In this document: piece by piece, positions 1 through 12,396 of the stretch
Layout: each line of letters starts with the position of its first letter
Numbering within the stretch: the stretch's first letter is position 1
NCBI GenBank assembly: GCA_013265495.1
Contig: MU058423.1
Location: 509,061-573,060 of the forward strand
Source: Vicugna vicugna
Taxonomy: Eukaryota
Direction of reading: 5' to 3'
DNA length: 64,000 nucleotides
The notes under the pieces: generated by a model
What the model was told of the DNA's origin: nothing
Database searches by the model: none
The model's input: only the letters and a program-made list of their open reading frames with translations
Program-made: the position numbers and the translations under genes

Positions 1-1080
1 TTTTGAGGTATTTTTCTCACATCTCCGGTGTACATGAACCTTACCAAGGCATCCGTTGAGCCACTACTTCTTGCTTTTCACATCGTATCATGTTAACATT
101 CTTGTGAACCACCTGTTCTTGGTGGATGGGTGACATGATCGAGATCTCAGAAAACTTATTGGTGGCACAGTTCTGGGGGTAGACACTCTCGTTACAGCTT
201 GATGGTATTAGGGTACTCTTGTCCCTACCAGGTGAAAGTTTCAGGTGTCCTCTGCTTAAGGAGAGAGGAATCATATCTGCAGTAGAGCTGCATTATAGGT
301 GCCAGGGATTATGTTGATTAGTTTCAGTAAAAAGACCACGTCTGGAGCTGTGCTTTTAACTGAAATTACCACTTGATTATGTTTATATTTATCCATGGCC
401 ATTTGTGAAGGCCCCATGGTCTTCCCAATTCACCACACTAGACAGTTAACTCAGAATGGAAGAGAAGTTTCTACCTCTGTATCTTTCAAATATTTAAGGG
501 TGGTGCTAAATTTCTGTGATTCTCCCATGGAGAAGTCTTGCATTTTATTTACCATTTTGGTAGCATGAGGGAACTCCGGGTGTTTCTACTTGACTCTTCC
601 TGCCTAGGAACCTATATTCCTTTGCTGTCTAGTCAGAGAGTCTGCATGAGGATGCTGCCAGTTACTAAACATGTCTATTCTAGCTGTATGCCCAGTAACT
701 GGGAAAATGACCAAAAGACTGGACGTGAGGTCCTACTGGGCCTACATGAGGTAGACATCAGTAAAAGTCTGTTTTATGCCTGTCTTCCATGCATACCCAC
801 TCTGACACCATCATAGTGTTCTACATCTTCAGATTTTGCTGCTGTCTTTAAGTCAAGCCAGTCTCTAATAATTTTGACAAGGACTTTGGGTATTTCCTTT
901 TTCCTAGTTCACAGATACTCAAGTATATTTTTGCAGGCATTTGGGGACTTCTAGGGAAAAGATTCAGGGTATAATTGCCATGTAATTGTAGATTTCTTAC
1001 TCAAGGGTACCCAACTTTCCCATCATACACAGAAAACTGAGTCTGTGAACTGACTCAGGTATGGGGATTAAGTAGGGACT
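1..1080 (-). mobile_element. ERVL-type endogenous retrovirus internal fossil: protease and reverse transcriptase remnant, running off the window start
   Basis: Hand translation of the minus strand gives GKTMGPSQMAMDKYKHNQVVISVKSTAPDVVFLLKLINIIPGTYNAA (~285-425), like ERVL RT KTDGSWRMTVDYRKLNQVV..VPDVVSLLEQINTSPGTWYAA. It also gives VGPVGPH..LVIFPV..IDMFSNWQHPH (~640-745), like ERVL protease VGPVGPRTHPVVISPV..IDILSSWQNPH, and CEKQEVVA..DALVR (~35-85), like SEQEVATTLDLLVR. Many stops and frameshifts. Confidence 0.85.
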
Positions 1081-1081
1081 A

Positions 1082-1470
1082 TGCATCATTAGGCTAGTTT
1101 AGGCTTCATTAACAGAAAGTATTAACCTTAAGAAAAAGTATCTCATGGAATGAAAAGTTTGAAGGCAGGAAATACCGGGGTTGTTAATTCAACAACTCAG
1201 AAGTACCATTAAAGACCTGGGCTCTTTGCATGCCTTTGCTCTGTCCTTCTTGGTGTGTTGGTTTACTGCACTCCGTGGTTGCAAGTTGCCTGCCAGAACC
1301 ATGTGCAGTCAGGTAATGTCCAAGAAGGAGGAAGGACTTTTCCTTCCTTAGAGTTTGGTTTTTGGAGTAAGGAATTATCCCCTAGAAGTCTCACTTGACT
1401 TTGGTTAGGAAGCAGGGATGGGAAGTTAATGAATGGTTGTAGGCTGTGAAATGAACAGTCTATTATAGAC
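1082..1470 (-). mobile_element. MaLR solo LTR (old MLT1 type) inserted between the ERVL gag and protease remnants
   Basis: AAAGACCTGGGCTCTTTGCATGCCTTTGCTCTGTCCTTCTTGGTGTGTTGG and the downstream TCTCACTTGACTTTGG resemble the reverse complement of MLT1J/L-type LTRs. Confidence 0.65.
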
Positions 1471-1479
1471 TGTAACTCA

Positions 1480-2450
1480 GTCATGAAGGCAGAACTCAGG
1501 CCTCTATTCATTAGGCCTGTCAGATCAAAGTAAGAACCTTATTGCATCCATCTCTTTTTCTTTGGGGGCACCATGAGCTGCCATATAAAGATTCCTATGG
1601 GTCAGACCAGTCTGATTATCAGGCTGGCCAGTTGCCTATTATGATAGCCAAGCTCTCTATGCAATCTGGCAATAAATGCTGTTCCCCAGGCCTGTTTTAC
1701 CTCGTTACAGTCCCAATCCAATTGAAATTGTGCATCTCTATTCCAACTACATCTTTTCTCCACCAACAATCTTGGCTGACAGATAATAGCCACTCTAGCT
1801 TTTTATAAAGATGTTGGTGTTCCCTTAGTAATGTATTTACCATTGCCTTGACAAAAGATGTATGTTTTGGGTCCTTTTGGGAGACATAGTTATGAGATGG
1901 GTAAGCAATCATGATAAATCCACCCCAATATTTCTGTCTTGGTCTTTGAATTTACTTCCTCTAAAGTTTACCTTATAATTTCTGGCATCTCCAATGCATT
2001 TAGTATGGAACACCAGTGGGTCCAGATTCCTGTCAATCTACTCAGCAAACAATGAAAATGATCCTTAGATGCTCAAGCTAGTACATCAGATGTAGAATCA
2101 CTGGCAGATGCCACCATATCAATAAACTCAGCTTGACCTAAAATTATGTTTTTCCCTTTTTGGACTAGCATCTTCAGAATCTACTTCTTCATGTATTCCC
2201 TCCAGGTCTCTGTTGATGTCAATTATCAAGGTCATGCATTTTTGTCTATAGCTTTTCCCTTCAGATATTGGATATGCACTTCAGGTATGGACTTCAAGCT
2301 CCCATCCCCAGCCCACCCTGTTCCAGTGACTTGCTGAGCTCTAACTCTAGTTGTAGATGTGGAGATAATGAGGGATAGAGGGATTTAGCATGAAGAGAAG
2401 AGGCTTTCCGTTGCCAAGTAACACCCTCATGTTAGATCACTGGGATTTTT
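1480..2450 (-). mobile_element. ERVL gag remnant (same provirus as 1-1080)
   Basis: Minus-strand translation ILKMLVQKGKNIILGQAEFIDM (~2115-2180) resembles ERVL Gag WILRVWDNGGRNIKLDQAEFIDM. ORF 1697..1912 DPKHTSFVKAMVNTLLR resembles GPEDTPFTKALRN. Confidence 0.8.
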
Positions 2451-2526
2451 AAGCAAGGTGGGAATAGACACGTGAGAAAAGGGGGGGCTAATTTGGCTGA
2501 CAAGAGAAATAAAAATCAATGAAGTT

Positions 2527-2788
2527 ACCCAGGGAAAGTGGGTGGGAAGGGGTAAATTAGGGAGTTTGAGATTTGCAAATGTTAGTCACTATATTTAAAA
2601 AGAGACTTAAAAAACCAGATTTCTTCTGTATAGCACAGGGAACTATATTCAATATCCAGTAATAATCTTTAATGAAAAAAGAATATGAAAATGAATATAT
2701 GTATGTATATGCATGACTGGGACATTGTGCTGTACACCAGAAATTGACACATTGTAACCGACTATACTTCAATTAAAAAATGTAAAAG
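2527..2788 (+). mobile_element. 5'-truncated young L1 3' end with TSD
   Basis: L1 3'UTR motifs GGGAGTTTGAGATTTGCAAATG, CTGTATAGCACAGGGAACTATATTCAATATC and GCTGTACACCAGAAATTGACAC, then an A-rich tail. 15-bp TSD AAAATCAAT(G/T)AAGTT at 2512-2526 and 2789-2803. Confidence 0.92.
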
Positions 2789-3430
2789 AAAATCAATTAA
2801 GTTGAGAAATTCAATGCTTTCTGAGTTATCTGAATCCTCCTATAACTCTCCGTTCCAGTTCCCAGGTCTACCCCTTTCCTACCTGTTTCCTGATTAATGC
2901 TCTAATTTTCATCTAAGCAATAGTGTTAGCTTGTAAATTCAACTAATCTTGTAATTTAGCAAACTGCAGGATCAAACTTTGTGTTTGGTTTTTGTCTAGC
3001 TCAGCACTGTGGCTAAAATAAAAGAGAGATTCTCCTAGTACAGTCATAGAAAATTCATGGTTTCCATTTTATGCCTTGAGTTGAGAAATTAAGAATTTGT
3101 GTTTTTCATTTTTTTCCTTTTAAAAATGCATCTAGCGCTATTAGAAGCAAGCATTTTATCCTATAAACCTTGAATTTCGCATGCCCTGTATATCATTCTA
3201 TGGTAGCAACCGCTAAACCTTGACTTCATTCATAGGTACTTCATCCTGGGTGGCCACAGTTAAAAATTTAATGATTTGGCTACTGTTTACCATGTTTTGG
3301 TGGAGTCGCATCTCTTACCACTGGCTGAATTTTCACTGTGTTCAGCCCTGACCATGTCAAATAAACTACCCCAGATTCCTGCAAATTTCTGGAGGGTCTG
3401 TTTCTCCTCAACCATTGGTGCCATTTTTGA

Positions 3431-3853
3431 CATCAGCCAGTCTTTATCTGCAAGCTACAAAAAGGGGCTGTGGCTAAGTCAGAAAGAGAGAGAGAGAGAA
3501 AAAAAGATTGATTGCAAGGCTATTGAGTAGTTCATGAAATCAGGAGTTTTACAGCCAGGAACAACATCCAGAACCATGACCTCAGAGGAAGTCTTCCTCT
3601 GTCTCCTTTCCACCGAGTCACTCTCTCCCAATCACAGGATCATCATATGGGGCAGGAGCATCTGCTTGGCAAGAGCTTAGGTCAAGTGCCTATGCCCTGG
3701 CTAAGCATAAGAAGTAATTACCTGGCATTTTCAGCTACTACAGTAGGAGATGGGCTCTGATTCCTACCAAGACTCCTAAGGCTGGGAATTCCCTGAACAA
3801 AACAAGGAATAGAATTGCTGAACAGCCGAAGCAAATGGTAGATGTCCATTAGC
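3431..3853 (-). mobile_element. Old MaLR (MLT1K/L-like) solo LTR
   Basis: GGGGCAGGAGCATCTGCTTGGCAAGAGCTTAGGTCAAGTGCCTATGCCCTGGC and the terminal GGTAGATGTCCATTA match reverse-complement MLT1 landmarks. Confidence 0.65.
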
Positions 3854-5027
3854 CTTTGGGTGTGTCGCTTTTTTCTCTGTTTCTCAGTTTCCTCTACTAT
3901 AGAAAGAAGGTTTTGGAACAGATAGTAAGATTGCTTCTAAATCTGTCATCCTGTTCAGACACTCCGCTGTGGTCTTTGTGGTGTAGGCAATTGCAGCTCA
4001 CACCATCCATCTAAAGGCAATGAGCCCTTGTCCTGCTCCCAGTCACAGGGAGGAAGTGGGCGGGGGACAGAGGGGAGTTGTCCTGAGGCTGGCCGCCCGA
4101 GGCGGTGAAGGCCATCTCCCTGGCTCCTGGCAGCTGTTATGCTGAGCCCTGGTGCAGCTGTTTTGCAGCGCGTTTCACACTGAAGCAGAAAACAGAAGCA
4201 GTGTCAGGCCAGCGCTGTGAGTGATTCAGACAACAACAAAGTCATTTTTCAAGACACGGCCCTGTTTGAGCACCGGGTGTTGAGGTGACAGATTGTGTAG
4301 ACACGTTATGGGGGAAAAAATCTACCTCGAGTGATTTAGAAGCCTTTAGAAATATTTGGCAGGTGTGAACAATTGGTTCCCCATATTTTCTCTTTAATCA
4401 ATTGCTTCTTTAAGAAGTGGCTGTGCGGAACGGGGAGAGTTGTGTGTTTCCTCCCCTCCCTCTGGTTCCCTTTCCAGTGCACTGGTTTTTCAACACGAAG
4501 AGGCAAAACTTTCTCCACAATCCCCGAAATGGTGCCTGCATATTAAAAACACACCCTCTTTCTCTGCTGTTTGCCTGCGGATTTGTTTCATTTCATACCC
4601 CACTGAAGCCTCCTCTCTGTTCAGAACGCGCTGTACTCCGTTGTGAGGAGAGAGGAGGGGAGGGGAGGGACCTGAGAGAGCACTGCTTGTTTCCTTAGCA
4701 AACTCTAAGAACTGTTGAAATTGAAGTTTGCGCTTTGAATGAACAGAAACCTGAGGGTTTTAGGAGGAAGTGGAATTCACTGGCTTGCCTGGAGCTTTGA
4801 TCCTGTCTCTTTCTTCACCGCTCAGGGTGGTATCCACAAGTCACTTCTCAAAAGGCGGGCATTGGTGTGTGGAGTCTGAAATGCCACTACCTTTGTTTTG
4901 GGTCCACGTCCTGCTGGGATCTGGAAACAGAGCCATGCTGCCTAAGTGGGTGGAGCAAAGATTTGCATAATTGACTATGAGACACCATATCAGACCAAAC
5001 TAATTTCTCTTACATCTACTTAGCGCC

Positions 5028-5492
5028 TGAAGTAGGTTAAACTGTTTCCCCAAAATTCGTATCCACTCAGAACCTCAAAATGTGACCTTATTTGGGAATA
5101 GAATGTTTGAAGACGTAATTAGTTAATGATAGAATCATTATTTCAGATAAGATCATCCTGGAGTTAGGGTTGGCCCTACACCCAGTGACTGGTGTCCTTA
5201 TAAAAAGACAGACACAGAGAGAGACACACAGAGAAAAAGGCAGTGTGAAGATGGAGGCGGAGATTGGAGTGATGCCTCTATAAGCCAAGGGGCCTCAAGG
5301 ATGCCCGGCGACCACCAGAAGCTTGGAGACGGGCCCGGACAAGTTCCCCTTACAGCCTCCAGAAGGAACTAACCCTGCTGACTCCTCGATTTTGGACATC
5401 AGGCCTCCAGAACTGTGAGTGAATACATTTCTGTTGTTTTAAGGCATTGAATTGATGGTAATTAGTTTCTACAGTCTTAGGAAACGAATATA
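5028..5492 (+). mobile_element. MaLR solo LTR, MLT1B/C-like
   Basis: Landmarks GAACCTCAAAATGTGACCTTATTTGGGAATAG, GACTGGTGTCCTTATAAAAAG, GTGAAGATGGAGGCGGAGATTGGAGTGATGC and GCCTCCAGAACTGTGAG..ATACATTTCTGTTGTTTTAAG..GGAAACGAATATA. Confidence 0.9.
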
Positions 5493-5529
5493 TCACCTAC
5501 TGAATATCCCTCTGCCAACTTGCTCTCAG

Positions 5530-5790
5530 CCCATAATGTCTTGGAAAATTTTCTCCTCCCTCAGGTTTCAGCTCAAACATCCTCTCCTCTGTCAAGTTCC
5601 CTACAATTTCATTAGAAATGAGATCATTTCATTCTTCCGTGCTCCCATAGCCTTCCGTGCACACTTTGTTCCTTCTTGGGTTTAGTGAGTTGTAGCGGTG
5701 TGTCCCTCCTTCCTTGATGGTGGGCTTCCTGAGGGTGGATCTCCTCAGCTCTGTCTTTCCAACGTCTGGTTGAGTGCCTGGCAAGTGAGA
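5530..5790 (+). mobile_element. L2 3' fragment
   Basis: TCAGGTTTCAGCTCAAACATCCTCTCCTCTG, GTGCTCCCATAGC and GAGTGCCTGGCA resemble the L2 3' region. Confidence 0.5.
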
Positions 5791-7189
5791 GACACGAGTA
5801 GATGCAGGTAGAGGAGGGACGGAAGGGAACGGTGGCATCCTCCGGAAGTGGCGCTCCAGGTGCTGCTGAACTTCCAGAGACGGGCAGCGTGGCCCTGCGA
5901 CCTTTTGCACCCCTTACCTGCCTGCTTTTCCTCCCTTTTGGTGTGGTCTCTGTCCTCCGGGCTTAGCTGCTGACTGTTAACACATCTCTGCTCAGAGGTT
6001 AATGGATAATCTTGCCGTTGGCTGGTCCCAGGTGAAGTCCGTTCCAGGACCATCCATACTCACAAGGTAGAAGAGCCCACAGTTCAGCACATCCAGGGGC
6101 GGTGGGGCGGGGGTGGGGCAGGTGGGAGGATGCCGTCCTGGCTCTGCTGAGGACAGAGAGGTGGAGGATGTGAAGGAGCACAGGCTGGTGGTGCCATTTC
6201 TGGAACCCGGCCCTCTCCTGGGGGGGTTCAGGGTGGCTCTCTGTCCCTCTGCATCATGCCCACTGCTGCTATCCCCATCCCCCGCTTTCTACTCCCATCC
6301 CCATTCCCTGCCAACTACCAAATGATATAAGAAAAGCTCTTTGTCCTCCCTGCGCTAGCTTTTATCTTGTTGTTTTTGGTAGCGCAAGACACAACCCCAG
6401 GAACTTGACAGAATTAAACTATTTTATCTTCTTTAAATTTTTAAACAAAAGAAAGAAAGGAAAGGAGAGGTGTCCGTAGACAATAGCCTGGGGACACAGC
6501 GCAGGGAGGTGGGGAGAGAGGCGGGGCCCTGTGTGGGAAGCACAGACCCCTGGGTCCCAGGGGTATCGTGAGCCTTCCCTGCAGTGTGGGTCCTCAGGGA
6601 GTCCTGCCAGTGTGGCTGGGCACGAGAGGGGGCCTGGGGGAAGGCAGAGAGGGAGGGCTGGCGCTCTTCCCCAGGGGTAGGGACCACTGCCTCTGTGTCC
6701 TTGCAGAACAGTGGGGTGCCACCCACCAGCTCACCAGAGGGTACCTGGCCACGCTCAGCTGCTTGGGGAAGCTGCCAAGGCTGGTGGTGATGTGGGGACC
6801 ACGGTGGATGCTAGTTCAGAGGCCATGTACCCAGAGGCTGAGGATGATTTATGAGGAAGGTTCAGATTCTCTTACTTCAGCTCCCCCTGGACTCTCTGGT
6901 AGGTTCTGGTCATTCTATTTCATTTCTAAATCACCAGATTGTCCTTCACCCTGAGCAAATGGTCCTGGGACTTAAAGGGAGTCACTGTGGTGGAGCCATT
7001 AATCACAGAGGCCTGGCGGGCTTGGAGGGGGGGCTCTCTTCTCACCTTCCTGGCTCCACCTGGGCCGCAGGTGCTCTGTCCTTTAAGTGTCCTCTTCCAT
7101 GACTTGGATTTTACTTTCATAGTGGGCCGGCCTCGTGCGGGGAAGGCTTTCGAGAGGACAGAATGAGAGAAAGACTGGCTTGATCACTC

Positions 7190-7335
7190 CCTTATTCATT
7201 CATTCATTCATTCATTCATTCATTCTGTATTGAATACCTACTTTGTGCCAGGCTCTAGCTTAGGCACTGGAGATGTAGCCATGAGCAGGACACACAAAAG
7301 TCTGCCCTCAAGGAGCTTACGTTCTAGTTCTAGCC
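7190..7335 (-). mobile_element. L2 3' end with expanded (ATTC)n tail
   Basis: (ATTC)n at ~7193-7224 is followed by TATTGAATACCTACTTTGTGCCAGGC..CTGCCCTCAAGGAGCTTAC, the reverse complement of the L2 terminus. Confidence 0.85.
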
Positions 7336-8869
7336 ATACTTAAATAGGAGCTGTTCTATTTTTTCCTTTTTCCAGAAAGAAGAAGCAAGGCAGGCAATAG
7401 GAAGCCATTACAGCTAAAGTGAGGTGGAAAGTGAGTCAGAGGACACAAGCCAGGTATTTGCATGCAGGAGCCCTAATCATCAGATACCCCTGTTTCTCAG
7501 AGGGGCCACCCGGGCCTTGGGGGATGTTGCTGAATGCCCATCACTTTACCAAAGAGGTTGCATTTTCCCCTACTCAGTCAGCTGAGTGACAGCAAGACTG
7601 GATGGCAGCATGGCCAAAGACTCCAGCCTCTGCAGGCTGGTCACAGGGAAGCCACATGTCATCCTGGAAGGGGACTCAGGGCTGGAGGGAAGTGTGTGTG
7701 TGTGTGTTATATTTATGTAATGGGGACAGTCATTCTGAGCAACATGAAGCCTTTTATTTTAGCCTTGTTTTCTGTGGTCTTAGTGCCCCCAGATGTGGAA
7801 GATTCTGGTTGAATTAGCGAGGTGGTGTCCACTGCTGAGTGAGTTCTGAGATGAAGTTGTCTAGGTAAGAGTGTGTTGGCCGTATCCCTCAGAGAGCCAA
7901 GGACCAGTAGCCCACTGGCCTCTAGGGGGCTGGCCAAGAGAGCTTCCAGAAAAACTGGGGGAGGAAAAAGGAGATCACAAGGGTGGAACTGGGTGGGGAG
8001 AGATCCACATTTCCTGGTCCATGAGAAGTCCAATGGAGCTGCAGACAGAGTCAGGGATTCCCAACCAATTAGAGAGGAGACCCTTCGGAGTGACCTAACA
8101 GAACATGGCTCTCTTCAAACTACCTTTTCAATGTGTCCAGTCTGCTATATTCAAGCACCAGCCAGGCTGAGCTCTCATCAGGAGTGTGGAGGACCTTCTG
8201 GTAGAGGGGGCAAAGCAACAGAGCTGTCAGGCCGGGGGCTGGAGGGACTGCCCTAGAGCGAGAATAAGAGGGTGAAGGCGGCGGAAACCCAGCCCCCAGG
8301 CTAGAAGGTCATTGGTCTCCAGAGAGAGAGAGAGCACTCAGGGCCTGGGCCCCAGGGACCTCTGCTTGGCAGTCGGACAGCCGAGACGTCTGCTGCAGCC
8401 ACTGCAAAAGCCATTGTCAGCTCTGGGCAGGAGCCTGTCTCGTCAAAAACTTCTAGGTCTCTTCACCTCCAAACACAGTGCCTAGATTTGATCTGTGATT
8501 TGCAGCTTTTTTTTTTTTTCTAAGTATGGGAACTACTTTTTAAACACAGATTTACAGGGAACTTCAGTTTTAAAAACAGCTTTAAAAAAGCAGAGCTGTT
8601 TTGGTTGAAGCTGGGCAGGGGCTAGACTCCCACCAACTCAGCTTCCCCTCCCCTCCACCACAGCCTTTGCAGGATTCATGGAAACTTGGGTCCCTTAGAA
8701 CTGAGTTTGAGGACCACTGGACACAAGCTGTGTAAGGCCCCCCTTGCCTATGACATTCATGACTGTGCAGCTGGTCTTCCTAGGCACAGACAGACAAATG
8801 AAGGGCCAGTAGAGCTGAGAATAGATGTTTCTGGTACCTTCCAATGGGCTCGAGTCATAAAGCCTTCTT

Positions 8870-9500
8870 CCTGCATGGTTTGAGTTTCTTTTTGGTTGAT
8901 TTTTCCAGTTTCTTTTGATGTCTTGTTGGATGTCTGGTAATGTCAGGGAAGCATTGAGAATGCCCGCACTGGGCCTCTTGGTTTTGGTGATGGAAGGTAC
9001 ACTCATTGGTGCCTGGGAGCCCTGGAGTTCGCCCTCTGCAGAGGATACGCCTCCAGTCTTCTTGCAGCCCAGGGGACGCGCACTGCCCAGGTACCTGAAA
9101 TGGGGAGAAGACCCACAAGCTGCTGCTTCTGAGACAGCTTTCTCCCTTTTCTCTTCATTTTAGCCACCCCTAACGCTCCACCACCTCAACTTCCAGAAAT
9201 CCCTGGTGCTGCCAAATCCAGGGCAGTCTGAGGAGTCTATGATATAAATCAGGTTGACTTTCAGCTTTCCTCACTACCAGCGGTGACTTAGATGTCTTGA
9301 GTCTGTCAAGTTCATTATCATTTGCCCATCCACTTTGCAGCTTCCAAAATTTGATAGCGATTTTCTCCTCTCCCGTTTTGCCCTGTCCTGTGGGTTTATA
9401 CCTTTGTAAACAATCCCTTTGCTATAGTTTTTCTGAGGTTTGGGGAGGGAATAAAATTAGATGTGTGTGTTCAGTTCACCACTTTACCAGGAAATCTGGC
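8870..9500 (-). mobile_element. Ancient L1ME/HAL1-like 5' region
   Basis: Pyrimidine-rich sequence ending TGTGTGTTCAGTTCACCACTTTACCAGGAAATC, resembling the reverse complement of old L1/HAL1 5' termini. Confidence 0.55.
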
Positions 9501-10451
9501 CATTTGCTTTTGTAATTTAAAGAAAGAACTTTGTAGCTTCTCACTCTGACAAGGCCCCAGATGCCTGGCGCAATCTGTGTGCATGGGCAGGGAAAGTGGT
9601 TATTGTCCCTGTCTGAATGGTCCATTGGTCACTAATCTAGGCCCAGCTTCTTCTCCCCGTCCTGATGGTACCCCTGTCAATCATACTCCTTCCACTTGTC
9701 ATACTTTATCATCTTCCCTAGTCCTGTACATCACTCTTTGCGCTTAAATGCCCTTGGGTCCTTGTCAAGATACTTTACATCCATCAAGAAAAAAAAAAAA
9801 AGTCAATGGTTTTTTTTTTTTTTTTTAACGTGAGCACCTAGGTAGACTCTGTGGGTATGGGAATCAGATTTTCTAAGTTCCAAACTGAAATTTTTGTTAT
9901 GGTCCTATGTTAAAAAGATTGTTTGGCTTATATAGTTTAAATGCTAAAATCTTCAAAATTCAGGGAGCACCAGGATGAAATCCTTGAGATCTTATCTGTC
10001 CCAGAAAGTCTGAGATGTCATCATTGTATCTGGAGGAAAAGTGAGAAAAGACTTTTTTTTTTCTCCAGGAGAATATAGTCCAGCTGGTTTGGGAAAATGG
10101 AAACATTCTTAAAGACAATACCAGGTGTTTTGACCAGTGCCAAATAAGTAATAGGAAGTGCCCTAGGGACTTTGAGGAGGAGAGATCCTGGAGGTGCTGG
10201 GCTGGTCAAAAGAGGGAAGACTTCCTGGAGACAGGATTTAAGGATGGGCTTTGAAATCTGCCCATAGGTGTCGGAGGCTGTTGTGCAGTAAAGAAGTTGG
10301 GAGATGGCGTGAGGAAAGCACTGCTCTTGCTGTCAGCTATTCCTCTATTACCTTTCCCCTGTCATCTGTTGTCCCACTTTCACCAGTCACCTTCTGCCAT
10401 CTGACTTTCTGAGCCTCATGGTAATTCCTTCTCAAGCTGGGAACTTGTTTT

Positions 10452-10910
10452 TGTATCACTCAGCATTAGGTTCCGCTGTAAGTAATGGAGACCTCAAATA
10501 ACTATGACTTAAACATGAGAGTTATTTTTCTTTCAGTAGAAGTCCAGAGGGATATAGTTTGGGACCAGCAGGGAGGTTCTATTCTATGAAGTCCTCAGGG
10601 ATGCAGGTTCTTTCCAGCTCACTGTGGTTCTCATCCCAATGGACCAATATGGAGCTCAGTGCTCCAGCCACCACATCCACATTCCAGGCAGCAGTATGGA
10701 GGAAAGAAAAAAGAAGAAAGGGGAACAAAGGGTGATCACTAGCTGTCTTGTAGGGAGGTACCCAGAAGCTGCCCCACATCCCTTTGTTTCTGTCTCACAA
10801 GGGAGAACTTAGTCAAGTACAGAGGACATTGGAATCCATAGCTTTTATTCTGGTGGCCAGTTGTCACTATGGAAGAGAGGATGCTAGGATGACCAGAAAT
10901 TGTGGCCACA
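10452..10910 (-). mobile_element. MaLR solo LTR, MLT1I/J-like
   Basis: Begins TGTATCACTCAGCATTAGG, contains GCTCCAGCCACCACATCCACATTCCAGGCAGCAG and ends TGTGGCCACA. Confidence 0.8.
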
Positions 10911-11029
10911 CTGTCACCATCGATCACTCTCAGTCCACATTTGGCCACTCCATCTGTTTGTCCTTCTTTCGATGGTGCATTCCTCCCTGAGTTCATCTTC
11001 TTCTGCATGGCCATCATCACTTAGAGTTG

Positions 11030-11125
11030 ATGTCAGAACTGCAGGGAAGCTTGAAGTCATTCAGTCTTTTCCTTGTAGAGTTGAAGAAATGAAGGTGCAA
11101 CTTGTCTAAGGGCAGTCACACTGAA
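11030..11125 (-). mobile_element. MIR/MIR3 fragment
   Basis: TTGTAGAGTTGAAGAAATGAAGG..ACTTGTCTAAGGGCAGTCACAC is a degenerate MIR core on the reverse strand. Confidence 0.45.
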
Positions 11126-12205
11126 GAATAGTTGCAGAATCATTATTAAATCACCAGAATAAAGATTTGTCCAAATTGAGCACCTAAGTGCTGAGGGAAT
11201 GAGAGAATTAAAAGGCAGGTCAGTTGACCAGGGATGTCTCCTGGATAAGATGAGGACTAGAATGAGTTTGGGGGAGGAGAAAGTCATTTAGAAGGGGAGA
11301 GAATGTTTATAGAGGGGAAATTATCCAGATAAAGGCACAGAGCCAAGTTAGAACATTTTGTTAGGGCCTATGGGTTTGAACAAATGGAAGATACATTGTC
11401 AGCTCTGCTGAAAAATGAAACGGTGAATTGAGGTAGGGGATGAGGAACATTGGTTGAATGGGCTTTGAACTGTACCCAAGAGCTTGGAATCAATAATGAA
11501 ATAGGGCCATTTCAGGGTTTTTACGTTTAACAGAATCCAGTTCTGTACATCTCTTTCCATCTCTCTCTGTCCCTCCCCTTCGTCTCTGACTCTGACTCCG
11601 TCTCAGTTTCCATCTCCCTGTTTCCGTCTTGTTTGTTTCTTCTCTCTGGCCTCTGGCAGCAGCTTTTATGCTTACAGAATGTTTCCTCTAATGCCCTTAA
11701 AAACTGTTGATGGGTTTCCAACTCCAAACCTGAACAGATCTCCAATATCCACACCTCTGTACTCCCTTTGGCCTCCATCCTATACTTTATGGGAACAGAG
11801 TCCAGGCTGGTTTCACCCTGGCCGGGGCACCCAGGCAGCAGCAGACACTGCAAAGGCTGGCTAGTTGCCCCCTCCCCCGTGAAGGGGCTTAGGAGACTTG
11901 CCCCCACCACAGTCCCTGTGGACTAAGAGCCTCTCCTGCTCCCTTGAAATCTACCAGGTCTGAAATTTATGATGAATTCCCTGCCCCTACTCCCAGAGAT
12001 ATCTGCCAAGGAGACAGGTTAAAAGCCTATATTTATGGCAAGTGACACTTACTGAACAAGATGTTGATTAAGGAGCATGTTGGTTTCTTACTGTTCCACA
12101 AGCTCCAGAGGCTGAGCTGTGAGTGTGAAGATCATGCATGTCAGGGCGCCCACCACCCTCCTAAGCCTGGAGGCCCTCAGGGGTGGCGGTGGGCAGGGGA
12201 CCTAA

Positions 12206-12396
12206 CAGTGCGGTGCTGAAATTAACCTGCACTGGCCGGTTGTTAAGTGTTTAGGAATGTTGTGAGCTGGCTGTTAAACTGTTGGTAGCTTGAAGTTGGC
12301 GGTGGTGAGAATATTTACACCATGGAAATGGGCAAGCACTATAAATCAGGATGAGTCCCTTCTCCCCTGGAGAACTGGTTTACCACCATTGCACTG
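12206..12396 (+). mobile_element. hAT-Blackjack DNA transposon, MER63A-like
   Basis: Terminal inverted repeats CAGTGC..GCACTG. Internal GTTGGTAGCTTGAAGTTGGC..GAATATTTACACCATGGAAATGGGCAAGCACTATAAATCAGG matches the recalled MER63A consensus. Confidence 0.85.

Noticed and set aside
8510..8720. Possible hAT (MER5-group) fragment ending GACCACTG
   Set aside because: Only one terminus-like motif and no matching opposite TIR; too weak to call.
9789..9826. A13-GTCAATGG-T17 potential hairpin or terminator-like structure
   Set aside because: Two adjacent homopolymer runs are common low-complexity sequence; I found no TSD or element body to explain or support it.
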